DNA of 64,000 nucleotides from Myxococcales bacterium (GTDB lineage Bacteria; Myxococcota; Myxococcia; Myxococcales; UBA5297): NCBI GenBank assembly GCA_050288705.1, contig JBNKEI010000093.1, positions 1,460 to 65,459 of the forward strand, read 5' to 3'. Shown piece by piece: positions 49,075 to 58,823 of this stretch (position 1 is its first letter; each line of letters starts with the position of its first letter). The notes under the pieces were generated by a model. It saw only the letters and a program-made list of their open reading frames with translations, ran no database searches and was not told where the DNA came from. The position numbers and the translations under genes were made by a program.

Positions 49075-49926
49075 TTGACTGCACGCAATATTCCCGCAAC
49101 TACCATCGGCTGCCACGATTTTACATGGGGCAGCCGAACCTATCTAATGGGCATTGTTAATGTAACCCCCGACTCTTTTTCTGACGGCGGAAAACACCTT
49201 GATTCCCGTATTGCCGTAGAGGCAGGCATACGTTTAGTAGAAGAAGGTGCCGACATTTTGGATATTGGTGGTGAATCTACCCGCCCCGGTTCTCTTCCAG
49301 TCAGCGTTGAAGAAGAGCTTAAGCGTGTTTTGCCGGTGATCACACAGCTTCGTAAACAAGTAAGAGTTCCAATTTCTATCGATACCACCAAGGCACTGGT
49401 GGCTCGCCATGCAGTTGAAGCTGGTGCTGACTTGGTAAACGATATCTCTGGTTTACGTTTCGATTCGCAAATGGCGCCTACCTGTGCCAAATCAGGGGTT
49501 GCCATTTGCATCATGCACATTCGGGGAATCCCCCGCCATATGCAAGACCATCCTAGTTACCAAGACGTGGTGAGCGAGGTTTTACAAGAGCTGCAGCAAT
49601 CGCTTGCCATTGCCCAATCTGCTGGTATCCCCTCTAATCGCATTCTTGTCGATCCAGGAATCGGGTTTGGAAAAACTTTAGAGCACAACCTTGCCTTACT
49701 TAAGAACTTGAAAGTACTGCGATCGCTAGGACACCCCGTTTTGGTTGGGGTTTCTCGAAAATCATTTATTGGCAAACTTACCAATCGTGCTGTAGAGCAA
49801 CGACTTACGGGTTCCATTGCCGCTTTGGCTGCTTGCGTAGTACAGGGCGCAGATATTGTCCGCGTTCATGACGTGGCCGAATCAGTAGCGGCGGCTAAAA
49901 TCGTAGACGCCATTTATCGTCACTAA
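49075..49926 (+). CDS. folP: Dihydropteroate synthase
   Basis: MGIVNVTPDSFSDGG, DIGGESTRPG and VDPGIGFGK. The start is taken as TTG 49075, 4 nt after the ftsH stop, and is provisional. Confidence 0.92.
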   Translation: MTARNIPATTIGCHDFTWGSRTYLMGIVNVTPDSFSDGGKHLDSRIAVEAGIRLVEEGADILDIGGESTRPGSLPVSVEEELKRVLPVITQLRKQVRVPISIDTTKALVARHAVEAGADLVNDISGLRFDSQMAPTCAKSGVAICIMHIRGIPRHMQDHPSYQDVVSEVLQELQQSLAIAQSAGIPSNRILVDPGIGFGKTLEHNLALLKNLKVLRSLGHPVLVGVSRKSFIGKLTNRAVEQRLTGSIAALAACVVQGADIVRVHDVAESVAAAKIVDAIYRH

Positions 49927-49976
49927 TTTCTATAGGCCACAGAAGTCGCCACTGCCTAGTTGGCTTTTGCCAACCC

Positions 49977-51047
49977 CTAAAGGTATTTCTCCAGCTTTCG
50001 GCGCCCCAACTCGTCCACTACTCGGCGAACTTCTTGAGCACGCTCCCTCGGACAAACCAGCACCGCGTCACCGGCGTCGACCACCACCAAGTCTTTTACC
50101 CCGATTACCGCCAAGGGACGCTTTCCTCCCAAAATAATACTATTGGAAACCTCGCAAAGAATTGTTTCCCCTTCGGCTACGTTGTTTTGGGCGTCTAATA
50201 GACGAACTTCCGGCAAGGCGGGAAACGACCCTACATCCGACCACCCAAACTCAGCAGGCACCACTGCGATACGGGAGGCTTTTTCCATTATTCCGTAGTC
50301 AAATGAAATTGAAGGCATTTGCGGAAAATGACGCTCCAGAACTGTATTGAATTCGGCGGTTCCAACTGCGCGAGAAACTGCAGCCAGTGGTTCCTTAGTC
50401 TCTGGAAGATGAAGGTTGAATTCTTCGAGAACGCGATCAACACGCAAAACGAAAATTCCAGCATTCCACAAAAAGTCACCTGAACCTAGGTAATTTTTGG
50501 CAGTTTCTACATCGGGCTTTTCAACAAAGCGCTTTACTTCTCGGACTTGGAAATTTCCATCTTTAATAATTGCGCCTTGCTGGACATAGCCATACCCGGT
50601 TTCCGGTCTTGATGGCTTGACGCCAATGGTTACCAGCAAACCACGGCTAGCTGCTTCCACTGCCACTTCCAAAGACCCCACAAAGGCCCCTACTTCTCTT
50701 ACATGTTGATCAGAAGGAAGCACTACTAGCACACCTTGAGGATCTTGTTTGGCCACCACAGCCGCAGCCAAAGCTACGCATGGAGCGGTATTTCGCGCTA
50801 TCGGTTCAACCAAGATGTTCTTTGTGGGCAATTCGGGCAGCATTTCTTGAACTGCAGAAGCATGAACCTTTCCACAAACAACCAATGTTCTTTCCAGCGG
50901 TGCGAGATCTCGCATTCGCTGCAAGGACATTTGCAATAACGGTTGTTCTCCGGTTAGAGCCAAGAACTGTTTCGGTTTCGTTTTTCGCGATAACGGCCAA
51001 AACCGTGTTCCCGACCCACCAGCCATAATGACAGGATAAATGGACAT
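49977..51047 (-). CDS. manC: Mannose-1-phosphate guanylyltransferase (no PMI domain)
   Basis: N-terminal PVIMAGGSGTRFWPLSR and a nucleotidyltransferase fold. At 356 aa it lacks the C-terminal isomerase cupin. Confidence 0.88.
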   Translation of the reverse strand: MSIYPVIMAGGSGTRFWPLSRKTKPKQFLALTGEQPLLQMSLQRMRDLAPLERTLVVCGKVHASAVQEMLPELPTKNILVEPIARNTAPCVALAAAVVAKQDPQGVLVVLPSDQHVREVGAFVGSLEVAVEAASRGLLVTIGVKPSRPETGYGYVQQGAIIKDGNFQVREVKRFVEKPDVETAKNYLGSGDFLWNAGIFVLRVDRVLEEFNLHLPETKEPLAAVSRAVGTAEFNTVLERHFPQMPSISFDYGIMEKASRIAVVPAEFGWSDVGSFPALPEVRLLDAQNNVAEGETILCEVSNSIILGGKRPLAVIGVKDLVVVDAGDAVLVCPRERAQEVRRVVDELGRRKLEKYL

Positions 51048-51150
51048 TTAGTTCCTCAGTTTCTCCATCAATGATCACACCTTTACCACACGCTCATCCA
51101 GAAAAATCTGCGGTTGGTCCCCCTATTACTGGCAGTGACGGCAAATTATT

Positions 51151-51978
51151 TTATGGATGAAGGTACCCGTACGCTAAGAGAACCAAAAGTGCTGCCCCTA
51201 GTACTATGCGATACACAATGAAAACTAACGTCGAACGCGACCGCAAGAACCTTAACAGGCTAGCAATCGACAGGTATCCAAACGCAAAAGCACACAAAGT
51301 TCCCATTATTAGCGCCGTCGCGTTAAGATTAACTGCCGATTGCTCGGCGAATACGTGCCGCATTTCGAACACCCCCGCCCCTGCGGTTGCGGGAATGGAA
51401 AGCAAAAAAGAAAATCGCGCTGCTGCTTCCCGCTGAAACCCCAAAAACAGTCCGCCGGTAAGCGTGGTGCCAGATCGGGATGAGCCGGGAATTAGAGACA
51501 CTACCTGGGCCAAGCCAATCCAGAATCCATCTTTCCAAGTAAGGTGTTCGATAGTCCGATTACGCGTGGCTACTTTTTCGGCAACAGCCAATATAACTGC
51601 TAGCCCGATTGCAGCCCAGGCAATTACATAAAGAGAGCGAAACTGGTTCTCGATGTAGTGCTTGAGTGCAAAGCCGAAAACCACTACTGGCAGAGTACCT
51701 AAAATAATGTACCAGCCCATGCGTGACTGGGGGGTGTCCCATGGCTTTTTATGAACCAAGCCGGTTAACCACGCCCGAGCAATACATTGGATATCCTTGG
51801 AGAAGTAAACGAGAACAGCGGCAGTTGTTCCCAACTGAATAATAGCCGAATAAGCCGCTCCCGGATCTGACCACCCCATCAGCGCGGGAACAATCCGCAT
51901 ATGAGCTGTAGAACTAATGGGTAGAAATTCGGTCAGCCCTTGGACAATCCCTACGATGATAGACTGGAAAGTGTTCAT
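51151..51978 (-). CDS. uppP: Undecaprenyl-diphosphate phosphatase
   Basis: GLTEFLPISSTAH, PGSSRSGTT and eight hydrophobic segments. Confidence 0.95.
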   Translation of the reverse strand: MNTFQSIIVGIVQGLTEFLPISSTAHMRIVPALMGWSDPGAAYSAIIQLGTTAAVLVYFSKDIQCIARAWLTGLVHKKPWDTPQSRMGWYIILGTLPVVVFGFALKHYIENQFRSLYVIAWAAIGLAVILAVAEKVATRNRTIEHLTWKDGFWIGLAQVVSLIPGSSRSGTTLTGGLFLGFQREAAARFSFLLSIPATAGAGVFEMRHVFAEQSAVNLNATALIMGTLCAFAFGYLSIASLLRFLRSRSTLVFIVYRIVLGAALLVLLAYGYLHP

Positions 51979-52149
51979 GACAAGTATTTAGGACGATTTG
52001 CAAAACTACACAAGAAAAGCCTTTCTTATCGTTGAAGTTCGCTTCCAACCAAGTAGAATATGCAAACCGACATTCCCCTATCTGGTTGAAGAACTAGTTG
52101 GATATGAAGCGGGGTTTCCATCTATACATTGTTATATAGGAGTCAACTT

Positions 52150-52866
52150 ATGGGGCTGTTTTGCAAGCTCTCCAACGAATCGCTCACTGCAATGAGACCT
52201 GTCATTGTCAAACAAGAGAAAACACTTGCTCGGGAGACTATTAAGCTAGGCATTACACCCCCGAAGATGGAAGTGGCCAATCCCGAGCTAGAAATCGTCT
52301 CCAACGGCGAAAATGCAAAGATGCTTAGGCATCTAGTAAGTCATGCCAAAGATAGAGTGGACCACGTTTTAGCCGCCAAGGTTCCTACCCCCGCAGGAAT
52401 AGTCCATATTGCCGTACCTCTTTCTGGAAATGACGCTCTTGCCGCCGAATTTTCTTGCGATATTCCAGTAGGGTCGCCTTCTGCTGTAGTTCTTACTCGC
52501 GCCCATGGTTCGGGGGTTTGGAAAATAGCCGAACCCAATACTCTTCCTGAAGCAGTAGCCTTTGCAGACGCTTTGAAGAGGGTCGATTCTTTAACCGATG
52601 GCATCAAGTGGAGTATCAAGCTACCCGGAAACTATAGAATCAAGCTTTCCTGGGCCTTTCAAATAGTTCCTATTTCCACTAAATGTACTCGTCTATTCAT
52701 GCAGACTGGACAACTAGGAATTTGGAATAAACGATTGGGGCTCCATTCTTTCTTGAACAAACGAGATGTCTTGACCCGGTTACTCGGTCAGGTTCCAGAA
52801 AAATCGAGAATCTCGCTTCGTGAGCCACCTCACCCGTCATTCATTGAAGCGCTATCGAAGCTTTAA
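52150..52866 (+). CDS. Hypothetical protein
   Basis: ORF 52129-52866. ATG 52150 has GGAG 7 nt upstream. I recognise no family motif. Confidence 0.55.
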   Translation: MGLFCKLSNESLTAMRPVIVKQEKTLARETIKLGITPPKMEVANPELEIVSNGENAKMLRHLVSHAKDRVDHVLAAKVPTPAGIVHIAVPLSGNDALAAEFSCDIPVGSPSAVVLTRAHGSGVWKIAEPNTLPEAVAFADALKRVDSLTDGIKWSIKLPGNYRIKLSWAFQIVPISTKCTRLFMQTGQLGIWNKRLGLHSFLNKRDVLTRLLGQVPEKSRISLREPPHPSFIEALSKL

Positions 52867-52867
52867 G

Positions 52868-53728
52868 CTATTTTTTTGGCGCGTCAAGCAGATATTGTTC
52901 TGCTTGAGGCGCACTTTCTGGCTTCAAGTCCACAACCCAATACCCCCTGTCGCCACACATGGTCGCACTTCCGGCATTGAAAAGATGAGGCCGTTGGCTA
53001 TTAGCCTGATGCCAATATCGGTGATGAATGTGCCCATGGTGGATACTGCAACTACGCTTGTTTAAGAGCTGCAGTAGGTCTTTTCCGTCTAACAGTCCAT
53101 GAGAAATGCGATCCGGCTTGCCGCTCCTATGCAATGGCGCATGATGAACCACTACGCACAGATGGCGATGGCGTAAAACTGGCTCGTGCACAAGCATGGC
53201 AAGAGATTGCAATTGCTCTTTTCCTAACCTTCCGAAAGAGATTCCCGGCACGGGAGCAAGGCGAGTACTATCCAATCCTATTACCGCCAACTCATCTTTT
53301 AGAAGTCGAACTAATGGAAAGGTCTTACCGTCTAAGCCATTATCAAGATCGCTATGCAATAGATGGCCAAAATGGTTCTCAAAACGACGTGTGCGCACCG
53401 CCCGTGCGGTATAACGATCGTGGTTTCCAGGAACCACGGTAAGCAGATTGGGATTATCCAAAGGAGCCAAAGCATTGCGCGCTAACACAAATTCTTCTTC
53501 CACCGCCAGTGCAGTAAGATCTCCCGATATCACTACATGATCCGGCTGCAAGCTCTGGATTTGCACTACTACTTGGCGAAGAGTTTCCAATCCTCCTGCA
53601 AACTTTTTTGCCCGTCCTAGCCCCATCCATTCTATTTGCGCTATTGCGCGCCGCCATCCCCAGCGACGCAGGGGAAGCTTCCAATGGTCTACTTGTATAT
53701 GCACATCACTTAAATGAACTATTCGCAC
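52868..53728 (-). CDS. Calcineurin-like metallophosphoesterase
   Basis: Motif series HLSDVH, ISGDLT, PGNHD, VVHHAP and HHGHIHH. Confidence 0.85.
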   Translation of the reverse strand: MRIVHLSDVHIQVDHWKLPLRRWGWRRAIAQIEWMGLGRAKKFAGGLETLRQVVVQIQSLQPDHVVISGDLTALAVEEEFVLARNALAPLDNPNLLTVVPGNHDRYTARAVRTRRFENHFGHLLHSDLDNGLDGKTFPLVRLLKDELAVIGLDSTRLAPVPGISFGRLGKEQLQSLAMLVHEPVLRHRHLCVVVHHAPLHRSGKPDRISHGLLDGKDLLQLLNKRSCSIHHGHIHHRYWHQANSQRPHLFNAGSATMCGDRGYWVVDLKPESAPQAEQYLLDAPKK

Positions 53729-53848
53729 CTGATTCTCCAGCTAGAGTCCACGATTTTTCTAAAAATGCCACTAATTATTAACGAGTCCATACAAACTTTT
53801 CTCTTGAGCAGATAAAGTGTGATGCTCGCTTTACTGAAAGGGGTAGTA

Positions 53849-54727
53849 ATGAGTTCTGTAAAAAAATGCATTGTTCCGGCAGCGGGCCTGGGTACCCGCT
53901 TTTTACCCGCCACCAAGGCGGTTCCTAAAGAAATGCTCCCCATCGTAGACACTCCGACTATTCAGTACATTGTAGAGGAAGCGGTCTCGGCGGGGGTGGA
54001 AAACGTCATTTTAATTCAAGGACGTTATAAATACGCCATCGAAGATCATTTCGATATTTCGTATGAGCTTGAGCAAACCCTATGTGAACGAGGTAAAACC
54101 AAGGAAAGGGACGAGCTACGTGGAATCGCCAACATGGTTTCGCTTACTACGATTCGCCAGAAGGAACCATTAGGGCTTGGCCACGCGGTCCTGTGTGCAG
54201 AATCAGCAATTGGAAACGAACCTTTTGCGGTGGCACTTGGCGACGACCTTATTGATGGCAAAGTGCCCGGCATTAAGCAATTGGTCGATTGTTATGAAAG
54301 ACACCGGAAAGGCGTAGTAGCGCTAATGAAGGTTCCCGACAATCAGACTCACCTTTATGGAATTGCCTCCGGTCCGCGAATGGGAGAAAGAGAAATTCGC
54401 ATTGATCGCATTGTAGAAAAGCCTAAAAACGAGGCTCCCTCTAACTTAGCAGTGATTGGCCGGTACGTGCTTCCTTCTAAAATATTTTTGATGTTGCGCA
54501 ACACCAAACCTGGTGTAGGCGGAGAAATCCAGCTTACCGATGCCTTGGCAGAGTTAGCCAGAACCGACGGACTCGTAGGGTTTGAATTCGAGGGCGAACG
54601 TCATGATGCCGGCGAGCGTTTAGGTTATCTCAAAGCCAATATCGCATATGCACTCAAGCGCCCAGAACTACACAGTGGTCTGATTGACTATTTTCGGCAA
54701 GTGCTGGCGCAAGAAGAAAAGCGCTAA
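53849..54727 (+). CDS. galU: UTP--glucose-1-phosphate uridylyltransferase
   Basis: ATG 53849. Motifs VPAAGLGTRFLPATKAVPKEMLPIVD, EPLGLGHAV and IVEKP. Confidence 0.93.
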   Translation: MSSVKKCIVPAAGLGTRFLPATKAVPKEMLPIVDTPTIQYIVEEAVSAGVENVILIQGRYKYAIEDHFDISYELEQTLCERGKTKERDELRGIANMVSLTTIRQKEPLGLGHAVLCAESAIGNEPFAVALGDDLIDGKVPGIKQLVDCYERHRKGVVALMKVPDNQTHLYGIASGPRMGEREIRIDRIVEKPKNEAPSNLAVIGRYVLPSKIFLMLRNTKPGVGGEIQLTDALAELARTDGLVGFEFEGERHDAGERLGYLKANIAYALKRPELHSGLIDYFRQVLAQEEKR

Positions 54728-54784
54728 ATTCCAACAGTCCTGGGTTTCATGCTATTTACTTATTTAGATGAAGCCCATTACTTA

Positions 54785-55072
54785 CTATCTAATTTTATAA
54801 CAATCTTGCTCGCTTTGGGCATCGGAGGGACAAAAACGCCCTTTGCAACTAAGTTCCTCTGCTTTTGCACGACATTCTTCCTCGGAAATCGATCTATAAG
54901 TGCGAATATCGATCTTGGTCATGTGATGGGGGTGCAAGTCGGAACAGTCGACAGTGCAAGAAGACGGACTTTGTGGACTACCGCACGATATTCCTAAAAT
55001 AGCAATTCCTACAGTAATTACATTTATAAAAATAGCTAACAATTGCCATAAATTACTATTATTCTTTATCAT
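54785..55072 (-). CDS. Possible small Cys-rich lipoprotein (95 aa)
   Basis: ATG 55072 gives MIKNNSNLWQLLAIFINVITVGIAILGISC, a signal with a lipobox-like end, followed by six further Cys residues. It lies in an AT-rich patch and I recognise no homology. Confidence 0.4.
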   Translation of the reverse strand: MIKNNSNLWQLLAIFINVITVGIAILGISCGSPQSPSSCTVDCSDLHPHHMTKIDIRTYRSISEEECRAKAEELSCKGRFCPSDAQSEQDCYKIR

Positions 55073-55202
55073 AAAGCTTTCCAATGAAACCAGATAATAT
55101 TTTACACCATCTTTAATTGTATTAAAGTAAACCATGGCGGCAAATCAGTCAAGAAAAAAGATTGGCAGAAAGCCGAGCAATCAAACTTGGTGGACTACTC
55201 AT

Positions 55203-55778
55203 TTACGCTTGCACATACCCATATAATTGTTTTTCCTTAATATAATTACAAACCTCAATCGGGACCAAAGACTGGATCTCTTTTCCTTGCTCTAACAACT
55301 CTCGAATCTGAGAAGAACATACTTGCGGCAACACTGGCCCATGCTCTGCTCGATACGGGTATCCAGCGCGATTAATAACAATAACTCTTACTAGGCGCTC
55401 AATAACATCAAAGCTTTTCCACCGCGCCCTTTCCAAAAGAATATCTGAGCCCACTATTAAACTGAATTCGTGCTCCGGAAATTTTTTTATCAGGTATTTC
55501 AAAGTATCAATAGTTCGACCTTCCCCTCCTACTTCTTCTTCCACCCTGGTAACTTCAATTCCCCCAGAAAAACGCTCTACTGCCCGTTTACACATTTCCA
55601 CCCGATCGTTAAAAGAAACGAGTAGTTTTTTTGCAAACGGGTGCTGATATACTGGCATAAGCCAAACCGCATCCACTCCATAGGTCACCAGAACATAGCA
55701 AGCATTCATTAGATGGCCCACATGAGGTGGATTAAATGATCCTCCGAGTAATGCAATTTTCGCCACTTTGATCTCCAC
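55203..55778 (-). CDS. nadD: Nicotinate-nucleotide adenylyltransferase
   Basis: LLGGSFNPPHVGH, and ISSQIR-like SSQIRELL near the C-terminus. Confidence 0.9.
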   Translation of the reverse strand: MEIKVAKIALLGGSFNPPHVGHLMNACYVLVTYGVDAVWLMPVYQHPFAKKLLVSFNDRVEMCKRAVERFSGGIEVTRVEEEVGGEGRTIDTLKYLIKKFPEHEFSLIVGSDILLERARWKSFDVIERLVRVIVINRAGYPYRAEHGPVLPQVCSSQIRELLEQGKEIQSLVPIEVCNYIKEKQLYGYVQA

Positions 55779-55796
55779 TGCTCAATAATAATGCAA

Positions 55797-56972
55797 TTAG
55801 TATAATAGATATTTTTCTCTATACGAAAAGAAACTACTCAGATCGCTATTAAAACTAGACAAACATTCGTCTAAGCTCTTTCCTTCATCAATCGCTTTAC
55901 GCACCGCATTGGTGCCACACAGTAAATCAATAGCGGGAATATTATCGACAAATTCATAAGGCTCGGTGCGCCAGCCAAACGCCTGTCCTCCTATGCGCCG
56001 GGCAACCAGCAATACTGCAATCCCTGTACGCAAAGGAAGAAATTCCTTACGATCCCTAACGTGCAACATTATTCCCTCGCATGACTGCTGGGCATACTTA
56101 TGAAAAGTCGGGCGAAAAACAAGGGGACGAAAATCAACCCCTGGTAAATTTTCTTTTCGTAACTCCTCACCAAAAGAATAGGCATCTAAGTAAGGAGCAC
56201 CCACAGTTTCAAACGGTCTGGTGGTTCCCCTTCCCTCGGAAAGGTTGGTTCCTTCCACTAGACACATTCCCGGGTAAACCATGGCTGTATCGAGAGTAGG
56301 CATATTGGGAGAAGGGGGGATAAACGGCATTCCTGTTTGGTCCATCCAATTGCTACGATGCCACCCTTCTATAGGCACTACCGTAAGCTCAGCTTTCCAT
56401 GCATATTGTTCATTCCACATGCGAGCAATTTCTCCGACCGTCATACCGTGACGGTTTGGGAGCGAATACATTCCCACAAAACTTTCGTATCCTTTTTCAA
56501 TCAAATTTCCTTCCATTTGAATTCCATTAATTGGATTTGGTCGGTCCAGGACAAAAAACTTAATATTTGCTCTTGCAGCAGCCTGCATGCACAATGCCAT
56601 GGTGTATATATAAGTATAATAACGGCTGCCCACATCTTGAATATCAAAAATGAGTGCATCTAATTCTTGGAGTGCTTCTTCCGGAGGGGCAAGTGAGTCA
56701 AAGGTTTTTCCATAAAGCGACCATATTTTTACTCCGGTACGTTTGTCTAACCCCCCTTCCACTCCCATCATGTCTTGAGCATCGCCTCGTATGCCATGCT
56801 CTGGACCAAGAAGTACTTCCAACTTTACCCCTGGTTGGTGATGAAGGCGGTCTGCCAAGTGCACCAATTGGGAGTCCAGACTAGTGGGATTGCAGATGGC
56901 TCCTACCCGCAATCCTTTGAGAGGAGCAAATTGGCTTCTCGCCAAACAATCAAATCCGGTCTTGAGCCTCAT
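55797..56972 (-). CDS. DUF1343 / NamZ-like exo-beta-N-acetylmuramidase family protein
   Basis: LKGLRVGAICNPTS, LLGPEHGIRGD and a length near 390 aa, as in the YbbC/NamZ family. Confidence 0.82.
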   Translation of the reverse strand: MRLKTGFDCLARSQFAPLKGLRVGAICNPTSLDSQLVHLADRLHHQPGVKLEVLLGPEHGIRGDAQDMMGVEGGLDKRTGVKIWSLYGKTFDSLAPPEEALQELDALIFDIQDVGSRYYTYIYTMALCMQAAARANIKFFVLDRPNPINGIQMEGNLIEKGYESFVGMYSLPNRHGMTVGEIARMWNEQYAWKAELTVVPIEGWHRSNWMDQTGMPFIPPSPNMPTLDTAMVYPGMCLVEGTNLSEGRGTTRPFETVGAPYLDAYSFGEELRKENLPGVDFRPLVFRPTFHKYAQQSCEGIMLHVRDRKEFLPLRTGIAVLLVARRIGGQAFGWRTEPYEFVDNIPAIDLLCGTNAVRKAIDEGKSLDECLSSFNSDLSSFFSYREKYLLY

Positions 56973-57004
56973 TTTTAGCCTTTACATGACTTACATTTGT
57001 TTTC

Positions 57005-58456
57005 TTATGGCTGAAGAACAAATTCAAAAGAAGGTGTACGTTTTTGTTGAGGATACAATGCATCCTTCAAGGAAAAATAAACTAATGCTCTTAAAGAAGG
57101 AACCTGCAAAGTATCCTGCACCAGCTCCACGTTCGACGCTAAGCCGTCGTCTTCAATGGTTACTCGCGCACGTAATCGCCCCGCCAAATCAGGCTGGGTA
57201 TGTAACCACCGTTTATACCTTCTGCTTAGACTTTGAGAGACACGCAAATAGATATCTTCTAGATTTCCCTTTATCGAGCTATGCGGCAAACCGATTTTGG
57301 ATTGCAATGAATCAATATGCGATTGGGCCAGTGCAGAACCATATTGTTTTGCCTGTCGTAATACATTCATAGCTTCAATCCAATTTTGGTCATTTTCTTC
57401 TAACAAACAGGCAAACTCGAAAAGAATCTCGGGATTTTCGGGATTATACTTAACTGCCTGCCTAAATGCTTCTTCTGCCGCAGAATTGTCTTTTTGCGCC
57501 CTATATAATCGTCCGAGCTCTATCCATGGTTGAGGATCAGTTTTATATAGCTGGGCAACCCGCTCCAAAGCTTTAATTTGAGCATCGCTTCTATTCTGTG
57601 CCCCGTAAATACGAACCAATGCCCGAGCTATTTCCGGATCAGGAGAAAAGTCCATAGTTAATTCGTATTCTTTGCTGGCAGCTTCCAAATCGCCACTCTC
57701 TTCTAATAATTTACCCAGAGCCACCCTAGCGTTTTTATCTTGGGGATTTGACTGCAATATCGCTCGGTACATCCTGATGGCACCAGGAATGTTTTTCGAT
57801 TCCATAAACACTTTTGACAAAGCTTGCAAGGCTTCTTGGTTACTGGCGTCGAAGGCTAGCGCCTTTTCCAGCCACTTTTCTGCTTGAGGATCACCTAGCT
57901 TGGCAAGAACCAAGCCCAAGCCCAGCACTGCTTCTGGCCATTGCGGATTGGTATTCAGAATAGCCTGGTAGGCTCCTTTTGCTTGTTCGGTTTTTCCCAG
58001 TAGCCGCAAGGAATCGGCTTTACCCACCAGCGCAGGAACAAAGCCTGGATGCACCTTCAAAGCTTTGTCAAAGGCTTGTTCAGCATATTCTTGAAAACCT
58101 TCCCATTCTAAATACAGCTTTCCCGAAGCCGTCCATAGCCAGGGATCGTCAGGACCAAGCTTGCATAGAGCATTTACCTTCTGCCAAGCGTCCTCTACAG
58201 AGGTATCGGCCCAGGCTAAAAGCATTTGCACGCGTAGATTATTAGGGGACTGCTTAGCTTGCTCGGCAAGCTCTTTGCGCACAAAAGCCCCCTCACCTTT
58301 ATGCATTCTCGACCGAATAGTGCGCATCTGCGCTGATAAGATCTTGTCTTCATTAGCATTAGCAGACACTGATTCATTTACAACTGCTTTTGACGCCGGG
58401 GTCGACACGCAGGCGACTCCCGTTAAAAGAGCAATCGCAATTAATGGCGTTCGCAT
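57005..58456 (-). CDS. TPR-repeat lipoprotein
   Basis: The track ORF (to 58669) would overlap the divergent ferredoxin gene. ATG 58456 gives MRTPLIAIALLTGVAC, a signal plus lipobox. Many TPR-like repeats follow (WLEKALAFDASNQEAL, AILQSNPQDKNARVAL, etc.). Confidence 0.8.
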   Translation of the reverse strand: MRTPLIAIALLTGVACVSTPASKAVVNESVSANANEDKILSAQMRTIRSRMHKGEGAFVRKELAEQAKQSPNNLRVQMLLAWADTSVEDAWQKVNALCKLGPDDPWLWTASGKLYLEWEGFQEYAEQAFDKALKVHPGFVPALVGKADSLRLLGKTEQAKGAYQAILNTNPQWPEAVLGLGLVLAKLGDPQAEKWLEKALAFDASNQEALQALSKVFMESKNIPGAIRMYRAILQSNPQDKNARVALGKLLEESGDLEAASKEYELTMDFSPDPEIARALVRIYGAQNRSDAQIKALERVAQLYKTDPQPWIELGRLYRAQKDNSAAEEAFRQAVKYNPENPEILFEFACLLEENDQNWIEAMNVLRQAKQYGSALAQSHIDSLQSKIGLPHSSIKGNLEDIYLRVSQSLSRRYKRWLHTQPDLAGRLRARVTIEDDGLASNVELVQDTLQVPSLRALVYFSLKDALYPQQKRTPSFEFVLQP

Positions 58457-58544
58457 AAGGACCCTTTCGCTTGTTCTGGAATCATTGACCACTCCGTGAT
58501 AGCACACATACGACAAAAATTTCTTCACCAAGGAAGGTGTTTCT

Positions 58545-58823
58545 ATGGCCAACCAGATGCCTGGCTCGCCATCATCTAGCAAAATGGACCAAAAAACATT
58601 TCGATGCATGGTAGTAGTCGACCGAGAACGATGCAAAGGTTGCGGATTTTGCATTGAGTTTTGTCCCACTCATTCGCTGGAACAAGAGAAGGAATATAAC
58701 GCTAAGGGTTACCATCCACCGGTCCTTGCCCAGCCGGACAAGTGCACTGGCTGCAATATGTGCGGGCTCTATTGCCCCGATTTTGCCATTTTTGGACGCC
58801 GAGTAACCCAGGAGGAAAAGTGA
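58545..58823 (+). CDS. korD: 2x[4Fe-4S] ferredoxin subunit (delta) of 2-oxoacid:ferredoxin oxidoreductase
   Basis: CKGCGFCIEFCP and CTGCNMCGLYCP. The start is ATG 58545 or 58584. The stop overlaps the korA start (GTGA). Confidence 0.85.
   Translation: MANQMPGSPSSSKMDQKTFRCMVVVDRERCKGCGFCIEFCPTHSLEQEKEYNAKGYHPPVLAQPDKCTGCNMCGLYCPDFAIFGRRVTQEEK

Noticed and set aside
49959-49974. Hairpin GTTGGC-tttt-GCCAAC between the convergent folP and manC genes.
   Set aside because: It has a 6-bp stem and no U-run on either strand. It may aid termination but is too weak to call as a terminator.
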